A stretch of 64,000 bases of DNA from Alphaproteobacteria bacterium (GTDB lineage Bacteria > Pseudomonadota > Alphaproteobacteria > JAAXGF01). Both the position numbers and the translations under genes were made by a program. This document shows positions 45,682-56,313 of the stretch, one piece after another. The notes under the pieces are model-generated. The model was given only the letters and a program-made list of their open reading frames with translations, had not been told where the DNA came from and ran no database searches. The stretch's first letter is position 1. Each line of letters opens with the position of its first letter. Location of the stretch: contig CAUVXB020000002.1 of the NCBI GenBank assembly GCA_963555825.3, positions 2,656,001 to 2,720,000 on the forward strand. Reading direction: 5' to 3'.

Positions 45682-45950
45682 AGGAGCCTATCGGAGGATT
45701 CTGAACCGCCTGCATCGATCTGAGACGTGCGAGTGCTAGGCGCGGTGGCGCTGGCGATGCCTGGGCATCGTCGAGCCGCCGCGACGCGGCAATCGCGCTT
45801 CTCAGTTCGACCCGAGAGGGCCGCCATTTCAAGGCCTTGGGACAGCGTCTGCCGCCGCTCGTGATGCCCGGGCATCACGACGCGACGCCATCCTTGCCTA
45901 AGGCCTTGAAAAGGCGGTGCAGGCCATTCAGAATCCTCCGATAGGCTCCT
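45682..45950. mobile_element. MITE-like element (269 bp) between cobT and cobS
   Basis: Perfect 24-bp terminal IR AGGAGCCTATCGGAGGATTCTGAA; no transposase. Confidence 0.75.
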
Positions 45951-46000
45951 TGCGGTGACTGTCCTATAACCGCAGGCGGAAAACCAGCGAAAGCCGTGCC

Positions 46001-46792
46001 GTGACCGAAAACGATCCAGATTCCCCGCCTGCCAGCGAACCCAGCCAGTGGCTCGACGACATCCGGGCCGCCGCCGCCTTCCTGACGCGCCTGCCGGTCG
46101 GTGGGCCGGGACACGGCGGCATGGCAGGCTTGGCGGCGACCGCCTGGGCGTTCCCGGTGGTCGGCATCGCCGTCGGCTTCGCCGCCGGGCTGGTCTATGC
46201 GGTGGCCGACCGGATCGGCGTCCCGCCCGGCCTCGCGGCGGTCTTCGCGGTCGGCGGCCAGGTCTGGCTGACCGGCGCGCTGCACGAGGATGGGCTGGGC
46301 GACGTCGCCGACGGTTTCGGCGGCGGCGCGACGCCCGAGGCCAAGCTCGAGATCATGCGCGACAGCCGGATCGGCGTCTACGGCGTCGCGGCGCTCGCAC
46401 TCACGCTCGCGGCCCGCGTCTTCGCCATAGCGGCGATCGCCGAGCCCGCCGCGGTGCTCGGCGCGCTGATCGTCGCCGGCGCCGTGTCGCGTGGCGCCAT
46501 GGTCGCCGTGATGACCCGGTTGGACCCGGCGCGCAGCGACGGGCTGGCCGCCGCCGCCGGGCGCCCGGCTATCGAGCGGATGTGGACCGCGCTCGCCATC
46601 GCCGCCGCCGTCGCCCTGATTGGCGCCGGCCTCGCGGCGGGCCTCGGCGCACTGATCGGCGCGGCGCTCGGCGCCGGCCTGATCGCCTGGCTCGCGCGCC
46701 GCCAGATCGGCGGCCAGACCGGCGACGTGCTGGGCGCTTCCCAGCAGGCCGCCGAGGTGCTCTGCCTCGCCGCGCTGGTCGCTGCGCACTAG
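46001..46792 (+). CDS. cobS: Adenosylcobinamide-GDP ribazoletransferase (cobalamin synthase)
   Basis: FLTRLP, TGALHEDGLGDVADG, IMRDSRIG and GGQTGDVLGA motifs. Confidence 0.96.
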   Translation: MTENDPDSPPASEPSQWLDDIRAAAAFLTRLPVGGPGHGGMAGLAATAWAFPVVGIAVGFAAGLVYAVADRIGVPPGLAAVFAVGGQVWLTGALHEDGLGDVADGFGGGATPEAKLEIMRDSRIGVYGVAALALTLAARVFAIAAIAEPAAVLGALIVAGAVSRGAMVAVMTRLDPARSDGLAAAAGRPAIERMWTALAIAAAVALIGAGLAAGLGALIGAALGAGLIAWLARRQIGGQTGDVLGASQQAAEVLCLAALVAAH

Positions 46793-47637
46793 GGTCCGTT
46801 GACAATTAGCGCAGTGCGATGACTGTGGCGACGAGGTTCAAGTTTGCGGCGTAGCTTGTGTCGGTTTTGTCGTAGCGTGTTGCGATGCCCCGGAACTCCT
46901 TGATTTTGGCGAAGTAGTTTTCGACCAAGTGACGCCATCGGTACATGTCCTTATCGTAGGCGATCTGCCGTTTTCGGTTGGCTTTCGGCGGGATGACGGC
47001 AGTGGCACCGCGTTGGTTCAAGTCCTCCCGCAGCCAATCGACATCGAAAGCCTTGTCGGCCAACAGGGCATCGAAGTGAACGTCTTGGATCAAGGGGACG
47101 ACGCCAATCGTGTCATGGCGTTGGCCAGGCAAGAGCACGAAACGCACCAAGTTTCCCAGGGCATCCACCAGGGCGACGATCTTAGTGGTCAGACCTCCTT
47201 TCGAACGCCCGATGGCCTGATGTTGAGTCCCCCTTTTGCGCCGCTTGCCTTTTGGTGAACGCTGACGATGGTGCCGTCGATGAGGGCGTATTCGAAGTCC
47301 GGTTCCTCCGACAGAACTTCGAACAGCCGTTCGAAAACACGGTTCCTCGCCCATCGGCGAAAGCGCTGGAAAATACTGTTCCAATTTCCGAAAGCAACCG
47401 GCAGGTCACGCCACGGAGACCCCGTTCGGACGCGCCACAAAACGGCTTCCAAAAACAACCGGTTGTCTGCCGCCGTAACGCCGCAATCCGTAGCCTTGCC
47501 CGGAAGATGCGGTGAAACCTTTTCCCAAACCTCGTCTGCGATGACGAAACGCTCCGTGTTCATCAAAAACTCCCCCGAAAAGGAAGCTTGAATCACTTTT
47601 TAGCAGGTTTGGGAATCCCCTAATTGTCAACAGGCCC
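46792..47637 (-). mobile_element. IS5-family element (two ORFs, frameshift), inserted at the cobS stop codon
   Basis: IRs GGGYCYGTTGACAATTAG; TA/CTAG target; motifs WRDLP, IDGT, ADKAFD and RHLVENYF...IATRYDK. Confidence 0.92.
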
Positions 47638-47764
47638 TAGTGCATTCAGCCTCAGTCCGATTATTCCAGCCCGCGACTGCGGGCCGCCGACCGTTCGGCC
47701 AGTCCTTGTGGGATAAAGATTGGCATGCGCGGCGATTGAGCGCAGGTCACCGTCAGGTGACCGT
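47637..47764 (+). repeat. Dispersed palindromic intergenic repeat, copy 3
   Basis: AGCCCGCGACTGCGGGCCGCCGACCGTTCGG...GCGCGGCGATTGAGCGCAGGTCA. Confidence 0.8.
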
Positions 47765-47773
47765 AAAATAAAT

Positions 47774-48493
47774 CGGGCTGTCCTAGCTAAGGGCGTTTCT
47801 GTCTCAAAATAATCCATGTCTTCAATTGGTTAAGCAGTTCTCGGTGGTCACCTCCGTTGAACCGCCATTCGCACTCCTTGAGGAACAGGTGAAAGCTCTG
47901 TTTCGGGACGCCATTGAAGCGCCGTAAATGCCGCTTCGCCTGGTTCCAGAAGTTCTCGATCCCGTTGATATGGCTCCGCTCGTCGACGAACCGCTCCGAG
48001 TGATTGATCCGAACATGGTGGAAGTCCGAAACGTCCAGGGCATCATAGCTCGAAAAGCCGTCCGTATAGACGATGCTGTCAGGCCGGATCATACGCTCCA
48101 TAATCGGCATCAACGTGGCAGTCCGGGCATTGGGAATCATCGCCGTGTAGACCTTCCCACCTCGCTTCAAAAGCCCGAAAACCGGGACTTTTCCGCCAGC
48201 GCCTCGACCCCGCTTGCCTTTGCGGCGGCCGCCAAAATAACTCTCATCAACCTCGATCTCTCCGGCAAAAGGCGAGGCCTTCTCCATTTCCTCGGCAATC
48301 ACCTTGCGAAGCCGAGTATAAAACGAGGCCGCCGTGTTCCGGTGGACGCCAACCAGTTCGGCTGCTGCCCGAGCCGTCGTACCCGCAACGAAGTGCTCAA
48401 TCAGACGACCGCGCTTCCAATCACTGAGCCGGCTTTTCCTCTCGTACATCCCGCCATCCTAGCCTAAGCATGCCGCTTAGCTAGGACAGCCCC
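47774..48493 (-). mobile_element. IS1595-family element; transposase 47787-48449
   Basis: IRs GGGCTGTCCTAGCTAAG; 8-bp TSD AAATAAAT; motifs EVDESY, YTDG and HINGIENFW. Confidence 0.94.
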
Positions 48494-48505
48494 AAATAAA
48501 TTTAT

Positions 48506-49822
48506 CTAAACCGCGTCGACCAAGTGGACGAACGAGCCCATCGCGCTGCCGCGCCGGCGTCCGGCCGGGCCGATGTCGGCGCCGCCCGCGTCGTGGCAGG
48601 CGAACAGGGGTTCGGCGGCGCCTTCCTCGACAACCGTTGCGTAATGAAACTCGTGGCCGCGAAACGCCGTACCACCGGCGCCGAGCGGGCCGTCGCCGCA
48701 CAGCACCGCCTGACGGTAGCCGAGGTGCAGGCGGCGCTCGGCGAACGAGGTCTCGAGCGGCAGCAGGCCGGCCATCGCGTGGCGCGTCCCGTCGGCGTCG
48801 ACCAGGCCGTCACCCAGCACCATATAGCCGCCGCATTCGCCGTAGACCGGCTTGCCGGCCCCGGCCGCCGCGCGCAGGCCGTCGAGGAACACCCCGTTGC
48901 CGGCGATCGTCCCGGCGTGCAGCTCGGGGTAGCCGCCGGGCAGATAGACCGCGTCGGCCGTTCCGTCGGGTGCGTCGCCTGCGAGCGGCGAGAACGCCAG
49001 CAGCTCGGCACCCGCCGCGCGCCAGCCGTCGAGTGCCGCCGGGTAGGCGAAGGCGAAGGCCGTGTCGCGCGCCACGGCGATGCGCTGGCCGAGCGGCGGC
49101 AGCGTCGTCGCGCCGCCGGGCGCGGCCAGATGGCCCGGCCGGGCCATATCTCGCAGCGCCTCGACATCGACGTTGCGCGCGACGATATCGGCGGCGCCAT
49201 CGAGGAACCCATCGAGCTCGGCATGCTCGGCGGCCTGGACCAGGCCGAGGTGGCGGTCGGGCAGCGCCAGGCCCGCATCGCGTGGCACGCAGCCGAGCAG
49301 GGGCACGGCGCAATCGGCCATCGCCTCGCGCAAGAGCCGCGTATGGCCCGCGCCGCCGACCCGGTTGAAGATCGCCGCGGCGACATCGACGTCGGCGCGG
49401 TGGCGGGCGAAGCCCTCGACCGTGGCGACGGCCGACGCCGCCTGGCCGCCGACGTCGACGACCAGCACGACGGGCCAGCCGGCGCCGGCCGCGAGATCGG
49501 CGGTCGAGCCGGCGCCGCCCGTCGCGCCGTCGAACAGGCCCATGACGCCCTCGCCGATGATCAGCTCGGCACCGGCGCCGGCGGCCGCGGCGAGGCGCGC
49601 CAGCGTCGCCGGCCGCATCGCCCAGCTATCCAGGTTGTGACACACGCGGCCACTGGCGGCGGCGTGGAACGCAGGGTCGATATAGTCGGGGCCGGTCTTG
49701 AACGACGACACCGCGACGCCGGCGTTGCGCAGATGGCGCAGCAGCGCGAGCGTCAACACGGTCTTGCCGCTGCCCGAGGCGGGCGCGGCGACGATCAGGG
49801 CGGGTGTTGCCGGGGCCGACAT
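48506..49822 (-). CDS. cobB: Cobyrinate/hydrogenobyrinate a,c-diamide synthase
   Basis: SGSGKT, GPDYIDP, EGVMGLFDG, GECGG and GHEFHY motifs. Confidence 0.96.
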   Translation of the reverse strand: MSAPATPALIVAAPASGSGKTVLTLALLRHLRNAGVAVSSFKTGPDYIDPAFHAAASGRVCHNLDSWAMRPATLARLAAAAGAGAELIIGEGVMGLFDGATGGAGSTADLAAGAGWPVVLVVDVGGQAASAVATVEGFARHRADVDVAAAIFNRVGGAGHTRLLREAMADCAVPLLGCVPRDAGLALPDRHLGLVQAAEHAELDGFLDGAADIVARNVDVEALRDMARPGHLAAPGGATTLPPLGQRIAVARDTAFAFAYPAALDGWRAAGAELLAFSPLAGDAPDGTADAVYLPGGYPELHAGTIAGNGVFLDGLRAAAGAGKPVYGECGGYMVLGDGLVDADGTRHAMAGLLPLETSFAERRLHLGYRQAVLCGDGPLGAGGTAFRGHEFHYATVVEEGAAEPLFACHDAGGADIGPAGRRRGSAMGSFVHLVDAV

Positions 49823-49884
49823 GGCGCTATCCTGGCACGGCGGCCGGCAATGTCATACCAAGGATCAGTAGCAGAAAGCGCGTC

Positions 49885-50970
49885 ATGGCGAGGAAACCCG
49901 AGGGCGAGTTGCGGCGCGGCTGGACGACCGGCGCCTGCGCGACGGCGGCGACGCGGGCGGCCTATTCGGCGCTGTTGACCGGCGGCTTCCCCGATCCGGT
50001 CGAAATCACCCTGCCGAAGGGCCGGCGGGTCAGCTTTCCGCTCGCCCGCGACCGGCTCGGCGAGGGCGAGGCGATGGCGGCGATCGTCAAGGACGCCGGC
50101 GACGATCCGGATGTGACCCACTGCGCGCTGGTCATGGCGACCGTGCGCCGGGGCGCGCCTGGTGCCGGCGTCTCGTTCCGCGCCGGCGAGGGCGTCGGCA
50201 CGGTGACCCGGCCCGGCCTGCCGCTCGGCGTCGGCGAACCGGCGATCAACCCGGTGCCGCGCCAGATGATGCGCCAGACCGTCGCCGAGCTCGCCGAAGC
50301 GCATGGCGACGCCGGCGACATCGACATAGAGATCGCCATACCGGGCGGCGAGGCGATGGCCAAGAATACCATGAACGGTCGTCTCGGCATCCTCGGCGGG
50401 CTCTCGATCCTTGGCACCACGGGCATCGTCATTCCGTACTCCTGCGCCTCGTGGATCGCCTCGATCCGCCAGGGTATCGACGTCGCGCGCGCCGCGGGTA
50501 TCGGCCACGCGGCGGCGTCGACCGGCTCGGTCTCCGAGGCCGCGGTGCAGAAGCTCTATGGCCTCGACGAGATCGCGTTGCTCGACATGGGCGACTTCGC
50601 CGGCGGGCTGTTGAAGTACCTGCGCGACCACCCGATCGCGCGGCTCACCATCGCCGGCGGCTTCGCCAAGCTCGCCAAGCTCGCGGCCGGCCACCTCGAT
50701 CTCCATTCGGGACGCAGCCAGGTCGACTTCGACTGGCTCGCCGGCATCGTCGCCGAGTTGGGCGGTGACGACGCACTCATCGAGGCCGCTCGCGGCGCCA
50801 ACACCGCGGGCCAAGTGGTCGAGATGGCGGCGCAGGCGGGTCTGCCGCTCGGCGACCGCATCGCCGCCAAGGCGCGTGAGACCGCGCTCGGCGTTCTCGC
50901 CGGCGGTGTCGTGGTCGAGGTCGTGATCTTCGATCGCGCGAGCCGGCTGGTCGGCCGCGCGGATGGCTGA
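49885..50970 (+). CDS. cbiD: Cobalt-precorrin-5B C1-methyltransferase
   Basis: LRRGWTTGACA, KDAGDDPDVTH and GGLSILGTTGIV motifs. Confidence 0.96.
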   Translation: MARKPEGELRRGWTTGACATAATRAAYSALLTGGFPDPVEITLPKGRRVSFPLARDRLGEGEAMAAIVKDAGDDPDVTHCALVMATVRRGAPGAGVSFRAGEGVGTVTRPGLPLGVGEPAINPVPRQMMRQTVAELAEAHGDAGDIDIEIAIPGGEAMAKNTMNGRLGILGGLSILGTTGIVIPYSCASWIASIRQGIDVARAAGIGHAAASTGSVSEAAVQKLYGLDEIALLDMGDFAGGLLKYLRDHPIARLTIAGGFAKLAKLAAGHLDLHSGRSQVDFDWLAGIVAELGGDDALIEAARGANTAGQVVEMAAQAGLPLGDRIAAKARETALGVLAGGVVVEVVIFDRASRLVGRADG

Positions 50971-51709
50971 ACGGCTGCTCATCCTCGGCGGCACCGCCGA
51001 GGGCGCGGCGCTGGCGCGGGGCGCGGTCGGCTTCGCCGGCCTCACGGTCGTCAACTCGCTCGCTGGCCGCACCCGCGTGCCCGCTACGTTGCCGGGCGAA
51101 ACGCGCGTCGGCGGCTTCGGCGGCGCGCCGGCAATGGCCGAATATCTCCGCGCAACGGGCACGACACTGGTGGTCGACGCGACCCACCCTTACGCCGCGG
51201 CGATTTCGCACAATGCGGCCGAGGCCTGCGCCGCCGCGGCGGTGCCGCGCCTCATGCTGGTCCGCGCCGCTTGGACGCCCGAGCCGGGCGACGACTGGAT
51301 CGAGGTCGAAGACGCCGACGCGGCGGCGGCAAAGGTTGGCGAGGTCGGCACGCGCGCGTTTCTGACCATCGGCCGCAAGGAGATCGGTGTCTTCGCCGGC
51401 CTCGACGATGTCTGGTTCCTGGTTCGCGTCGTCGAGCCGCTCGAGGCGCCGCTGCCGCTCGCCCACGGCGAGGTCATCCACGGCCGCGGCCCATTCGACG
51501 TCGCCGACGAACGCGCGCTGCTCGCCGCGCACTGCATCGACGTGGTGATAGCCAAGAACAGCGGCGGCGCCGCGACCTACGCCAAGATCACCGCCGCGCG
51601 CGAGGCCGGTTTGCCCGTCATCATGATTAGGCGGCCGGCCTTGCCGGACGACGAGACCGTCGACGACGTGGCGGCGGCGCTAATCTGGATCGAAAACCAT
51701 CTAGCCTAG
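50963..51709 (+). CDS. cobK: Precorrin-6A reductase
   Basis: ILGGTAEG, GGFGG, DATHPYA and KNSGG motifs. Confidence 0.95.
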   Translation: MAERLLILGGTAEGAALARGAVGFAGLTVVNSLAGRTRVPATLPGETRVGGFGGAPAMAEYLRATGTTLVVDATHPYAAAISHNAAEACAAAAVPRLMLVRAAWTPEPGDDWIEVEDADAAAAKVGEVGTRAFLTIGRKEIGVFAGLDDVWFLVRVVEPLEAPLPLAHGEVIHGRGPFDVADERALLAAHCIDVVIAKNSGGAATYAKITAAREAGLPVIMIRRPALPDDETVDDVAAALIWIENHLA

Positions 51710-51867
51710 CCTGACGTTTGTTAGTCGGGAATCAATGGGGTCAGACACCATTTATCTACATGATTTAAATGAATACTCGTGAATTTATAAAGATGTCTGA
51801 CACCGATTTGAGAGACATCTTTTTTGGCGGGAAACTGCGGCATGTTGCGCCTCGACGTCGGTCGGGC

Positions 51868-52632
51868 CTAGCCCCTGCGCTTCGGTCGCAACAGGTGCAC
51901 GTGGTCGGGATCGTAGAGCTTGCTTTCGGCGTGGCCGCGCGCGCCGAGCACGTGGCCGACCAGCACCAGCGCGGTGCGTGTGATCTTGGCGGCGCGGACC
52001 TTTTGGCGTATATCGGAAAGGGTGCCGCGGATGACCTGTTCGTCGGGCCAGCTCGCGCGGTAGACGACGCAGACCGGGCAGTCGGCGCCGTAATGCGGCG
52101 TCAGCGCTCGCGTGACGTGTCTGAGATTGCGCACCGAAAGATGAATCGCGAGCGTCGCGCCCGAGGCGCCGAGGCTCGCCAGCTCCTCGCCCGGCGGCAT
52201 CGCAGACGACTTCATCGCGGTGCGCGTCAGGATTACGGTCTGGCTGATATCGGGCAGCGTCAGCTCGGCGCCGAGCACCGCCGCGGCGGCGGCGTAAGCC
52301 GGCACGCCGGGCGTCACGTCATAGGCGATGCCGCGCGCGTCGAGCCGCTGCATCTGTTCGCCGATCGCGCCGTAGAGCGATGGATCGCCCGAATGGACGC
52401 GCGCGACGTCGCGGCCGGCGGCGTCGGCGGCGACCATTTCGTCGATGATCTCGTCCAACGTCATTGGCGCCGTGTCGATGACGCGTGCGGCGGCCGGCGC
52501 CATCGCGACGACGGCGGCGGGCACCAGCGAGCCGGCGTAGAGGCAGACCGGGCAGCGCGCGATCAGGTCGTGGCCGCGCAGCGTGATCAGGTCGGCCGCG
52601 CCCGGTCCGGCGCCGATGAAGTGGACGGTCAC
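51868..52632 (-). CDS. cobM: Precorrin-4 C11-methyltransferase
   Basis: [21 protein letters not shown] and [10 protein letters not shown] motifs; GTG start. Confidence 0.95.
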   Translation of the reverse strand: MTVHFIGAGPGAADLITLRGHDLIARCPVCLYAGSLVPAAVVAMAPAAARVIDTAPMTLDEIIDEMVAADAAGRDVARVHSGDPSLYGAIGEQMQRLDARGIAYDVTPGVPAYAAAAAVLGAELTLPDISQTVILTRTAMKSSAMPPGEELASLGASGATLAIHLSVRNLRHVTRALTPHYGADCPVCVVYRASWPDEQVIRGTLSDIRQKVRAAKITRTALVLVGHVLGARGHAESKLYDPDHVHLLRPKRRG

Positions 52633-54410
52633 GGCTTCGCCTGGTAGCCGCGCGGCGTGTAGACCCAGACGCCGCCATCGCCGCGTTCGATGCGCCGCGT
52701 CGCCGACGAGCCGATCAGAACCAGCGTCAGCATGTCGGCGTCGGCGGATGTCAGCGCGCCGAGCGTGACGACGCGCAAGCTCTCGCCGTCGCGCCCCAGG
52801 TTGCGGGCGAGCACCACGGGGGTCTCGGCCGGCCGGTGGCCGAGCAGGATGTCGCGCGCGGACTCGAGCTGGTCGCGCCGCGCCGCCGAGACCGGATTGT
52901 AGAGCGCGACGACGAAGTCGGCCGCGGCGGCGGCACACAAGCGGCGCTCGATGGCCGGCCAGGGGGTCAGCAGGTCCGAGAGCGAGACGGCGCAGAAGTC
53001 GTGGCCCAAGGGCGCGCCGATGCGCGCCGCCGCCGCCTGCATCGCCGTGATGCCGGGCGCTACCGTGACGGCGATTCGATGCCAGTCGCCGCGCTGTGCG
53101 CGCTCGATCAGCTCGAAGACCAGCGCCGCCATGGCGTAGATGCCGGCGTCGCCCGACGAGACCAGCGCGACGCGATGTCCCGCCGCCGCCAGATCGAGCG
53201 CATGGCGGCAGCGCGTCTCCTCCGCGCCGAGCGGGAAGTCGTGGCGCTGCTTGCCGTCCGCGAGCGGTCCCAGGAGATCGAGGTAGAGCCCGTAGCCGAC
53301 CAGATCGGACGCTCCCCGGATCGCCGCCTCTGCCTCGGGCGTGCGCCAGTCCGCCGCGCCGGGCCCGATGCCGACGATCGCGAGTTCGCCGCGCGGGCGA
53401 CCGACCTCGCCGATGATCGCCGGGCTGCGCGCGACGGCGCAGGTCGCGCGCCGTGACGTCCGCTTGGGCGCCACCAGCTCGCCATCCGGGCCCGCCGCGG
53501 CGAGCGCCGCGCCCTCGGCGACGCCGTGGGCGCCGACCTCGTTGAACACCACGTCCGACGGGTTGGCGAGCCGCGGCGTCTCGGCCTCGAGCGTCGCGGC
53601 GTCGAAGAAACTCGCGGCAACGCCGAGGGCGGCGGCGACGGCATGAACGGCCGGTTCGTCGGCCTTGAGGTCGATCGAGTAGACGCCGGCCACCGCGCCC
53701 GCCGCGAGGTCCGCGTCGGCCAGCGTCTTGAGCGCCAAGCCGACCAGCTCGTCGGGCGCGGCGCCGCGTTCGCAGCCGACGCCGAGCGCGAGCGTCGCCG
53801 GGTGATAGACGAGGCGGTCGGGCGCGCCGGTCTCGGCGTTCACGGTCACCGAAATCGACAGCCGGCCGTCGGCCGCGAACGGCAGCCCGCTGTCGGCGAG
53901 CCAGGGCGCGTCGCCCTCGAGGCTGAGCGTCGCGCCGGCCAACAGTTCGGCGCTGAACGGCTTGACATCGGCCGGATTGGCCAGCCGCCAGCCGGCCGGC
54001 GGCGCATCGAGGGCGACGCCGAAGCGCAGATCGCCCGCCGTCGTCACGGCGGCGGCGACGTCGAGCGTCCCGGCAATCGCGTGGGCGAGTTCGTTGGCGC
54101 CGTGGTGGCCGCCGAGCAGCGGCACGACGGCGCTGGCGTCCTCGGCGACGGCGACGACCGGCGGCTCGGCGGTCTTGTCGCGCAACAGGGGCGCCAACGC
54201 GCGGATCAACACCCCCGCGGCGCAGACGCCGACGATCGGCACCTCGGCGGCGAACAGCGCGCGCAGGTGATCGGCGGTGCGCTCGAAGGACACGTCAGCC
54301 CCGTCGACGCGCCCCGCGAAGCCGTGCAGGCGGGCGCCGTCGAGCGCCCCGGCGACACGCCGGGCCGTCGCCAGACCGCTCGAGCCGAGCACGATGATGG
54401 CCGCGCTCAT
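52629..54410 (-). CDS. cobJ: CbiG-CobJ fusion (precorrin-3B C17-methyltransferase)
   Basis: CbiG part: [17 protein letters not shown] and GVAEGAA. CobJ part: [14 protein letters not shown] and [15 protein letters not shown]. Confidence 0.94.
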   Translation of the reverse strand: MSAAIIVLGSSGLATARRVAGALDGARLHGFAGRVDGADVSFERTADHLRALFAAEVPIVGVCAAGVLIRALAPLLRDKTAEPPVVAVAEDASAVVPLLGGHHGANELAHAIAGTLDVAAAVTTAGDLRFGVALDAPPAGWRLANPADVKPFSAELLAGATLSLEGDAPWLADSGLPFAADGRLSISVTVNAETGAPDRLVYHPATLALGVGCERGAAPDELVGLALKTLADADLAAGAVAGVYSIDLKADEPAVHAVAAALGVAASFFDAATLEAETPRLANPSDVVFNEVGAHGVAEGAALAAAGPDGELVAPKRTSRRATCAVARSPAIIGEVGRPRGELAIVGIGPGAADWRTPEAEAAIRGASDLVGYGLYLDLLGPLADGKQRHDFPLGAEETRCRHALDLAAAGHRVALVSSGDAGIYAMAALVFELIERAQRGDWHRIAVTVAPGITAMQAAAARIGAPLGHDFCAVSLSDLLTPWPAIERRLCAAAAADFVVALYNPVSAARRDQLESARDILLGHRPAETPVVLARNLGRDGESLRVVTLGALTSADADMLTLVLIGSSATRRIERGDGGVWVYTPRGYQAKP

Positions 54411-55111
54411 TGCCAGGCGTCGCCGCGGCGATGGACCAGGACCATCGAGAAATAGGGCGCCGTTTCGTCGTCGACCTGGTCGAGGCGCAGGATGCGTTGG
54501 CTCGCCATGGTCGCGTGCTCGACGTAGCGCGCGTTCTCGGCCAGGCCGAGTTCGTCGAGCACCCGGCGCAGCTTGGCGAAGTGACGGCCGACCTTGATGA
54601 TCGCCGCGGCGTCGCACGCCGCGATGCGCGCCTTGAGATCATCGGCCTCGATCGGTGCCGGGATGATGCTGAGCACGTCGTTGCGCGCGGCGAGCGGCGC
54701 GCCGAGCGTCGTCGAGCACGCCATCAGCGACGAGACGCCGGGCACCACCTCGACCGGGTAACGCTCGACCATGCGGCCGAACAGATACATGAACGAGCCG
54801 TAAAAGAACGGGTCACCCTCGCAGATCGCCGCGACGTCGCGCCCGGCCTCGAGGTGACCGCCGATCTCGGTTGCCGCCGCGTCGTAGACGTCCTGGGCCG
54901 GAAAGCGTTCGGCGACCATTGGGATGCGGATGGCGATCTCGGTCTGGCCGCCCGGCAGGTGGGCGGCGACGATGGCGCGCACCAGGCTGTCGCCGTCGGC
55001 CGGCGCCGGATAGGCGATGACCGGCGCGGCGCGCAACAGACGCAGCGCCTTGACCGTGATCAGCTCGGGATCGCCCGGGCCGACGCCGAGGCCATAGAGC
55101 GTGCCGGTCAT
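54407..55111 (-). CDS. cobI: Precorrin-2 C20-methyltransferase
   Basis: GVGPGDPELIT, EGDPFFYGSF and PYFS motifs. Confidence 0.95.
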   Translation of the reverse strand: MTGTLYGLGVGPGDPELITVKALRLLRAAPVIAYPAPADGDSLVRAIVAAHLPGGQTEIAIRIPMVAERFPAQDVYDAAATEIGGHLEAGRDVAAICEGDPFFYGSFMYLFGRMVERYPVEVVPGVSSLMACSTTLGAPLAARNDVLSIIPAPIEADDLKARIAACDAAAIIKVGRHFAKLRRVLDELGLAENARYVEHATMASQRILRLDQVDDETAPYFSMVLVHRRGDAWQ

Positions 55112-56313
55112 GATTTGATCGCCGTCCACTGGGTGACCGCCATCAGCGCGCGCCAGCCCGACAAGGCGCCGAGCGGCTCGGCGCGCGACACGGCTATGCG
55201 CGCGAGTTCGCCGCCGAGCCGCTCGCGCCACTGGAACAGCGCCTGCTCGCCCTCGACGGTCACCACGTTGGCGACCAGCCGACCGCCGGGGCCGAGCGCC
55301 TGCCAGCAGGCCTCGACCAGCGTCTCGTCGGCCACGCCACCGCCGATGAACACGGCGCCGGGCGCCGCCAGGCCGTCCAACGCGGCCGGCGCGACGCCGG
55401 CGACGATCTCGAGCTGCGGGACGCCCAGCGTCGCCGCGTTGGTCTCGATCAGCGCGCGGCGCGCGGCGTCGTGCTCGATCGCGATGGCGCGGGCGTTTCG
55501 CGCGGCGCGCAGCCATTCGATGGCGATCGAGCCGCAGCCGGCGCCGACGTCCCACAAGAGCTGGCCCGGCGCGGGGCCGAGCGCGGCAAGCGTCGCGGCA
55601 CGCACCTCGCGCTTGGTGAGCTGGCCGTCATGCGCGAAGGCGTCGTCGGGCAGACCCGGCACGCGCGGCAGATGGGCCGCACCGGGCGCCGCGACGCACT
55701 CGACGGCGATGGTGTTGAGGTCGGCGATGCGGTCTTGCGTCCAGTCGGCAGCATGGGCCTCGACGCAGCGCTCGACCGTGCCGCCCATCTGCTCGAACGC
55801 CCACATTTGGCTTTCGCCATAGCCCCGGTCGCGGAGCGCCCGGGCGACCTGGCCAGGCGTCGCCCCGTCATTGCTCAGGATCAGCAGCCTGGCGCCGGGC
55901 TGGATGTGGCCGTTGATCAAGGCGAGCGGGCGGCCGTGCAGCGTCAGCGTCTCGACCTCGGCGAGCGGCCAACCGAGCCGCGCGCAGGCCAGGCTGAACG
56001 CCGAGGGCGCCGGCACGATGGTCATCTCGTCGATCGGCACACGCCGGGCCAGCGTGACGCCGATGCCGAAGAACATCGGATCGCCGGTCGCCAGCACGCA
56101 GACCGGCGTGCCGCGCAAGCCGGCGATCTCGTCGACCACGGCGTCGAGCGGCGTGCGCCAGCGAATGCGACGGCGGCCGTCGTCGGGCGCCATGGCGAGG
56201 TGGCGGTCGCCGCCGACCAGCACTTGCGCTCCATCGACGAGGGCGCGGGCGTCGACCGCGAGGCCGTCGAGGCCGTCCTCGCCGATGCCGACGATCGAGA
56301 GCCAGCGAGTCAC
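55108..56313 (-). CDS. cobL: Precorrin-6Y C5,15-methyltransferase (decarboxylating)
   Basis: GIGEDG, ATGDPMFFG, GQLTKREVR and WDVGAGCGS motifs. Confidence 0.95.
   Translation of the reverse strand: MTRWLSIVGIGEDGLDGLAVDARALVDGAQVLVGGDRHLAMAPDDGRRRIRWRTPLDAVVDEIAGLRGTPVCVLATGDPMFFGIGVTLARRVPIDEMTIVPAPSAFSLACARLGWPLAEVETLTLHGRPLALINGHIQPGARLLILSNDGATPGQVARALRDRGYGESQMWAFEQMGGTVERCVEAHAADWTQDRIADLNTIAVECVAAPGAAHLPRVPGLPDDAFAHDGQLTKREVRAATLAALGPAPGQLLWDVGAGCGSIAIEWLRAARNARAIAIEHDAARRALIETNAATLGVPQLEIVAGVAPAALDGLAAPGAVFIGGGVADETLVEACWQALGPGGRLVANVVTVEGEQALFQWRERLGGELARIAVSRAEPLGALSGWRALMAVTQWTAIKS

Noticed and set aside
51769-52647. 292-aa plus-strand ORF starting in the AT-rich spacer
   Set aside because: It is antisense to cobM and has no recognisable motifs.
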